IMG/VR virus record: IMGVR_UViG_2030936005_000025
Span: 96,001-160,000 of that record
DNA length: 64,000 nucleotides
Origin: a virus
Lineage: Duplodnaviria > Caudoviricetes
Strand: one strand, 5' to 3'
Positions 59,134-64,000 of the stretch are shown piece by piece. Position numbers and translations under genes: made by a program. Each line of letters opens with the position of its first letter. The first letter of the stretch is position 1. Below the pieces are notes generated by a model, which had not been told where the DNA came from, searched no databases, and saw nothing but the letters and a program-made list of their open reading frames with translations.

Positions 59134-61155
59134 TTAATCGCGAGCGATTGGATGCATGAACGCTTCCAGTGCACCGCCCTGTCGGTTTTTGATTCGCATG
59201 TTATTTGGATGACCCAGCAATGCACTTGCCTGCCAACCATACAGCAAGGTGTTACCCAGACCACGGTTCAGTACAGCGGTATGGAGACTGATGAAGTTAC
59301 GATCTTCTTGACCTACTGGAATACCGAAGTCCAGGTTCTCAGGATTACGTGCCATACATGCCCACAGGAAGATAGAGTGCATGATGGAGTTCGCTTCCTT
59401 ATATTTCTCATCAACCACCTTCCAGAATGCGATCAGTGTTTCACCATGAAGTTCTGGTGTCACTTTCACATCCCAGCGGTTATTGACATGAGGGAACTTC
59501 AGGAAGTTCTCAACACGTTTACGATACGCATCCAAGTCTTCGTTAACCTGTGGAAGTTCAAATGCCGGCTCTTTAAAGTCATAGTCTTTCAACGAGATCT
59601 TAAAGTTACGACCTTCTTCTTCCATTGGCTTACTCAGGAGATACTGAATGAACGTTTTAGTCATTCGCGCATCACGAGATGCAATCGTGGTGGTCAGTAC
59701 TGGGAAATAGGTTGCTTTCTTATCATCGAACATTGGGTTAACAATGCTGACTTTAAGTTTAATCGCTTCATAAGTACGGAAACGAGTTGCATCCAGATCG
59801 TCCAGACTGTCCATGAATTGGAAGTCAGAGAAGTCCTGCTGTGTTTCTTTATCCAAGATGATATATGGATCAGAGACATCGTTCAGGATATCTTTATGGA
59901 AATAAATGAAGTCACCGCTTTCATCGGTGGTGATATACGGCAAGTCAGCACGTTCTACTTTAAACCCAACAGAGGTTGCAGAACCGATACGGTGTTTGGT
60001 TTTCAAGATCGACTGACCGATAGGTTCAGCGAAAGTGGAACCATAGAACAGACCTGGGACACCGGCTTTCTTAGTAAATGGATTATACGGAATAGCAGAT
60101 TCCATTTTACCGAAACACTTGGAACAAGGTTTACCGTTATGCGAGTGATTACACCACGCAATGTCACGGATACGAATTGTGCTACCTGTTTCCAACTTCT
60201 TAATTTCAGCATAAGTCAGTAGGGTATTGGTGCCATCATCATTGATAGTCCAACGACCCACTAACGACTTCTTGAATTCAGTACTGATGAGTTTGAGAAC
60301 TGGACCCACCGTAGAACCACAATCTGTTTGATAACGAACACGCTGCACAACTTGAGACACGTTGTGGATCTTTTTATGGAACCACTCGGAGTCCTGAAGT
60401 GCAGAACCGTTACTGATCAGAGAGAAGCCTGCACCTTTGGAGTCACCCAGGGAATCGGCCAGGTTGGTAATACCGTCAGCATATCCAGACATGATCGTGT
60501 TCGGCAAGATAACGTTGTTCAAATCGAACACGTCACCACGAGAAATACACAATTGGAAAGACTGTGTAGAGTTTACCGAACGAGTACGATACAACAGAGT
60601 GAAGACATAGGAATCGAAATCCTTTTCTGTCATCATGATCTGTTCGAACTCTTTATGTCCATCAGCCATACTGGTTTTACGACTGTGAACACGCTCACGC
60701 AGATCTTTGATCTTAGGATGACGCAGAATGTATACGATATCTACAGCTCGTGCAGATACCACACCGGTCTCACCTTTGATCGCCAGATAGTTATGACATT
60801 GGTTATGCCAGGTGAAGATCAGCTGCTTGATGAAATCATAGAACACCGGATCATCATACTTCGGCATCAGGCGTTCCAGGAAATTATCAATTGGCTTCTT
60901 CAGCGTATCATCATCGATAAAGGACTGGCGTCCTTCATGCTCCTTTAACAACGCCAGCTCATTGATGTGATAAGGTTCATCATTATAATAACGATGAACG
61001 ATCAAACTAAACCAGGACAGCGCCAACATCCAACTGTCAGTGATTTGTTTCTCACCCTCGTCATCAATGACTTCGACTTTAAAACGGCGTTCCGTAAACT
61101 GCAACATAGAAAGACAAGACAGATTTGCAAACTCACGTAACTTTATCGTTTTCAC
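59134..61155 (-). CDS. Non-virion RNA polymerase beta' subunit, C-terminal part (phiKZ gp74-like)
   Basis: TDCGS...WCNH...CSKCFG Zn site and trigger-loop-like FAEPIGQSILKTKH; 673 aa. Confidence 0.85.
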   Translation of the reverse strand: MKTIKLREFANLSCLSMLQFTERRFKVEVIDDEGEKQITDSWMLALSWFSLIVHRYYNDEPYHINELALLKEHEGRQSFIDDDTLKKPIDNFLERLMPKYDDPVFYDFIKQLIFTWHNQCHNYLAIKGETGVVSARAVDIVYILRHPKIKDLRERVHSRKTSMADGHKEFEQIMMTEKDFDSYVFTLLYRTRSVNSTQSFQLCISRGDVFDLNNVILPNTIMSGYADGITNLADSLGDSKGAGFSLISNGSALQDSEWFHKKIHNVSQVVQRVRYQTDCGSTVGPVLKLISTEFKKSLVGRWTINDDGTNTLLTYAEIKKLETGSTIRIRDIAWCNHSHNGKPCSKCFGKMESAIPYNPFTKKAGVPGLFYGSTFAEPIGQSILKTKHRIGSATSVGFKVERADLPYITTDESGDFIYFHKDILNDVSDPYIILDKETQQDFSDFQFMDSLDDLDATRFRTYEAIKLKVSIVNPMFDDKKATYFPVLTTTIASRDARMTKTFIQYLLSKPMEEEGRNFKISLKDYDFKEPAFELPQVNEDLDAYRKRVENFLKFPHVNNRWDVKVTPELHGETLIAFWKVVDEKYKEANSIMHSIFLWACMARNPENLDFGIPVGQEDRNFISLHTAVLNRGLGNTLLYGWQASALLGHPNNMRIKNRQGGALEAFMHPIARD

Positions 61156-63232
61156 GCTCTTTCCTTAATACTAAGCCAAAATCAGAGAACATATTGTCAA
61201 TCACCTGAAGAGAGTGGTTCTTCTTCTCTTCACCCGGTTTGATTAACTCCGGAATCAGGAACGGGTTGTCTGCACGGATCAAACGTTCCACTGAGGTCTC
61301 CAGCAGTTCAGCGGAGTTTGCCCAGGCCAACATTCGGGTTGCAGCTGCACCACCTTTCTGATTGATAAACAGACGACCTTCGGTTTCACCCACATTTCGG
61401 TTAAGCGTTGCACGATAGAAATCACGCGCACGTTCATGCTTAGACAGAGAGGTTGGCAGACCAAAGATATTCAGCTTCGGAGTAGACTGACAAGAAATGT
61501 CATCACCGAACTTATCGAGCATGATATAATACACACTACTGATAACGATTGGGTGACGAGTACGTTTTGTTTCACCCCACGGGTTAACGAAGGTTACTGG
61601 CGTGGGTTGGATTTCTGGATAACGGTCAACAAGGCGTTCAACAATCTTCACACCTTGAATTTCACCGGTATTGTTACCAAGAGAGGCGAACTCATTCTCA
61701 TCTGCCATAATCCACTTCAGATGGTTCATCCGCATTTCTTCGGTAAACGTATCCATGATTGCTCCGTGTTCTGGAGAAACCGTTTCATAGAAGTCATACG
61801 CAATCTTCCATGCTTTCGCATAGTCCTTGTTATTGTACGCTTCCACGATCTTTGGATACAGATGGATATTGACGAAGTTCACGTCCAACTCGATGAACGA
61901 GTTATAGATCTGTCGACGATAGCCAGGTGTGTTACCCACAATCATATCTGCCATCACACCGTGATCATCTACCGGAGCCATGTGGCTTGGCAGAACTTTC
62001 ATGATGATCGATTTGTTACCGTCCATACCGGTATTCTTGAAACGCGTCTTACCTTCTACATCTTCACGCAGATGGATTTTCACACGCCAGTCTTTCAACT
62101 GAATGTTACCGGTTTTACGCTTAACTTTGTTATACCGACCTTGACTGGTTGGTGTACTGAAGTCACGCGTGATGTTACCTGTGCCTTCGAAACAAATCAG
62201 ATTCCATAATGCACGAGAGATCGGAACCTTCTTGTCTTTATAGACACGCTGTTTCTCTTTGAACCACTTCACGATGGAGTTAGCGAAGTCGTTCTGTGCT
62301 TCTTCGATCTTCTCCAGGATAGCAGTGTGAGGTTGACTGCGTTTGTCAGCACGTTTGTTATTCGAAACGTTCTTATAACGCTCAGTGGTGACTTCGATAT
62401 CTGCTACCACACAGTTAGGGCTGGTGACGTGGAACAGGATATCATAAATCGGATCTGGTCGCATCAGTGCAACTTTCGTGAGCGCTGCCATTGCGGTATC
62501 AGCAGTCTTACGACGGAAGCCCATAACGATACCATCAGCACGGACAGGTTCGCCAGAGAGTGGGAATGGTTGAGGGTCATCGATTGTACCATAAAGGTTC
62601 AACGGAATATACTCATCTTCATTCCACTGGAAGTCATGGCTGCGTCTGAACGTTACACCAATCTTCTTGGCATAATGCTCAAAGATCACCACCGCATCCT
62701 CCTCGGTATAGACGTGAGACATTGCAGCAACTTTAGTCTCAACACCCGGCACCCATTCGTTACTCTCGGTAATACGAGCAGAGGTACCGAAGACCGTTCC
62801 GCGACTATAACGTGCACCTTTCTTCAGAGAACGAAGAAGATCATTGTTATATTTGAACTCGAAGCCGAGATCCATATTTTGAGCATGGAACTTAGCAAAC
62901 TCTATGACGTCATAGAGGCCTGTCTCGAGATCCTTTACAATGACATAATGCGAGCCCCACTCATTGGGTTCCTTTTCATTGATGATGTTACGCACAAACA
63001 GAATCTCTTCAACTTCAATATCGGATTCTGTCTCGATCTTACGAGCACCCTTCGCATATTCCTGTTCTTCACCAGAACTATATTTACGATTTGTGGTACC
63101 GTGGATAACAGCTGCCTTACCCTGGTTCTTCCCGAGCATATACAAACGAGCAGAAGAGTTAGTGGCCCTGTTAGTATTCATACCGATAGCGACGCCGGCC
63201 GTATTCGGTTTTATTTGGTTACTTTTATCCAT
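61133..63232 (-). CDS. Non-virion RNA polymerase beta subunit, C-terminal part (phiKZ gp71-73-like)
   Basis: GVETKVAAMSHVYTEEDAVVI, NTGMDGNKSII, YYIMLDK and RNVGETE correspond to conserved beta motifs; start revised to ATG 63232 (GAGGTG SD). Confidence 0.85.
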   Translation of the reverse strand: MDKSNQIKPNTAGVAIGMNTNRATNSSARLYMLGKNQGKAAVIHGTTNRKYSSGEEQEYAKGARKIETESDIEVEEILFVRNIINEKEPNEWGSHYVIVKDLETGLYDVIEFAKFHAQNMDLGFEFKYNNDLLRSLKKGARYSRGTVFGTSARITESNEWVPGVETKVAAMSHVYTEEDAVVIFEHYAKKIGVTFRRSHDFQWNEDEYIPLNLYGTIDDPQPFPLSGEPVRADGIVMGFRRKTADTAMAALTKVALMRPDPIYDILFHVTSPNCVVADIEVTTERYKNVSNNKRADKRSQPHTAILEKIEEAQNDFANSIVKWFKEKQRVYKDKKVPISRALWNLICFEGTGNITRDFSTPTSQGRYNKVKRKTGNIQLKDWRVKIHLREDVEGKTRFKNTGMDGNKSIIMKVLPSHMAPVDDHGVMADMIVGNTPGYRRQIYNSFIELDVNFVNIHLYPKIVEAYNNKDYAKAWKIAYDFYETVSPEHGAIMDTFTEEMRMNHLKWIMADENEFASLGNNTGEIQGVKIVERLVDRYPEIQPTPVTFVNPWGETKRTRHPIVISSVYYIMLDKFGDDISCQSTPKLNIFGLPTSLSKHERARDFYRATLNRNVGETEGRLFINQKGGAAATRMLAWANSAELLETSVERLIRADNPFLIPELIKPGEEKKNHSLQVIDNMFSDFGLVLRKERENDKVT

Positions 63233-63262
63233 GTTACTTAACACCTCTTTTCATTATACATA

Positions 63263-63284
63263 AAGATAATATCTGCCTGATTAT
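63263..63284 (-). promoter_or_regulatory. Candidate early promoter, copy 4, inside an inverted repeat
   Basis: Minus strand ATAATCAGGCAGATATTATCTT upstream of the nvRNAP beta gene. Confidence 0.55.
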
Positions 63285-63314
63285 CTTTAGCACGAAAATA
63301 ATTGGAGATTTAGA

Positions 63315-63659
63315 ATGCCTCTTCCTTATACCGGTGGTGACAGTTATTACTACACCGACGAATATAAAGTTATCGTGAGATCTTGCAAAGAGGTCTTGCT
63401 TAAGAATGCCGCATTTACCCCGTTCTTAGAACCAGGTATTCGATTTGCTTATCGATACAACTTCCATAAATTCCTGCGTCAGTTAAGAACCAGTACAAGT
63501 GACATGGTGGCAATACCCGAAGAACTGATTTGGACTATTTCCTTTATTAATGGAATCGAGAATCCGAATCAAGACTTCAGTCACTTAGAAGGGATCTATT
63601 CTGTTACGTTTGAACAGGTCGACATGTTAATCCAAAGTACCCGTACCGTTCGTCAATAA
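63315..63659 (+). CDS. Small conserved protein with a LysM/T4 gp53-like motif (phiKZ gp70-like position)
   Basis: LIWTISFINGIENPNQDF resembles the W-x-I-x3-N-x-I-x-N-P motif of baseplate LysM-like proteins; GGAG SD. Confidence 0.55.
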   Translation: MPLPYTGGDSYYYTDEYKVIVRSCKEVLLKNAAFTPFLEPGIRFAYRYNFHKFLRQLRTSTSDMVAIPEELIWTISFINGIENPNQDFSHLEGIYSVTFEQVDMLIQSTRTVRQ

Positions 63660-63676
63660 AAAATAAAACAGTAATG

Positions 63677-63704
63677 CTACTCCCTACGATATCGTAGGGA
63701 GTAG
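63677..63704. terminator. CTAC/GTAG-family element; perfect 28-bp palindrome
   Basis: CTACTCCCTACGATATCGTAGGGAGTAG between convergent stops. Confidence 0.8.
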
Positions 63705-63726
63705 TTATTTACTTTTTGTTTACTGA

Positions 63727-63999
63727 TTAGTAACCGTTGTTCACACCGCCGTTGAACATGCCATTGTCCTGAGGGAACAAGTTGTTCAAGCCGTTGCTTT
63801 GCATACCACCATTCATACCGTTAGTCTGAATCCATGCGCCGGTAATTGGATCTTTCACCATACCGTTGTTCTGCTGTTGCATGTTGTTCATCATGTTCAA
63901 CATACCGTTGTTCATCATGGGATTCATCATCATCGGGTTCATCATCATCATGGGATTCATCATGTTGTTCCCCTGCATCTGGGGCATCTGGAAATCTTC
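63727..63999 (-). CDS. C-terminal M/N/G/Q-rich tail of a gene extending past the window end
   Basis: The frame is open to the window edge (EDFQMPQMQGNNMMNPMMMMNP...). Confidence 0.7.
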   Translation of the reverse strand, partial: EDFQMPQMQGNNMMNPMMMMNPMMMNPMMNNGMLNMMNNMQQQNNGMVKDPITGAWIQTNGMNGGMQSNGLNNLFPQDNGMFNGGVNNGY

Positions 64000-64000
64000 A

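Noticed and set aside
59152-63241. Long plus-strand ORFs (356, 206, 257 and 304 aa) opposite the nvRNAP genes
   Set aside because: Mirror-frame antisense ORFs of conserved genes with no independent signals.
1362-63704. CTAC/GTAG hairpins as bacterial GTAG-family REP elements or a CRISPR array
   Set aside because: GTAG lies inside the stem rather than 5' of it, no RAYT transposase is present, and copies are single and dispersed with no repeat-spacer periodicity.
1-64000. tRNA, rRNA, integrase, transposase, homing endonuclease or intein
   Set aside because: No cloverleaf-sized gaps with T-loop motifs and no such protein motifs were seen by eye; tRNAscan-SE and HMM searches would be needed to exclude them fully.

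Overview
This window is a 64-kb segment of a phiKZ-like nucleus-forming jumbo phage genome (Chimalliviridae-type). Codon style suggests an enterobacterial host, but the exact phage cannot be named from sequence alone. Core genes recognisable by motif: three non-virion RNA polymerase subunits (beta N-half, beta C-half, beta' C-part), one virion RNAP beta' fragment, major capsid protein, probable portal, DnaB-like and SF2 helicases, the exonuclease/motif-A half of a split family B DNA polymerase, RuvC, and a long block of head/inner-body and baseplate proteins. Less ordinary signals: (1) a candidate lysis cassette with overlapping i-/o-spanins and an internally duplicated 2x2-TM holin candidate; (2) a dispersed CTAC...GTAG hairpin family at all seven convergent gene junctions, also bracketing accessory genes; (3) a four-copy early-promoter-like motif upstream of the nvRNAP operons; (4) many G-x-E protease sites followed by basic amphipathic helices in head proteins; (5) a probable virion M48-like metalloprotease with a hydrophobic segment; (6) an orphan HigA antitoxin downstream of the nvRNAP genes; (7) two M/N/Q-rich prion-like protein tails. 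No tRNA, rRNA, CRISPR array, intron, intein or transposase was recognised. phiKZ gene-number equivalences are recalled from size and synteny, not from database searches.
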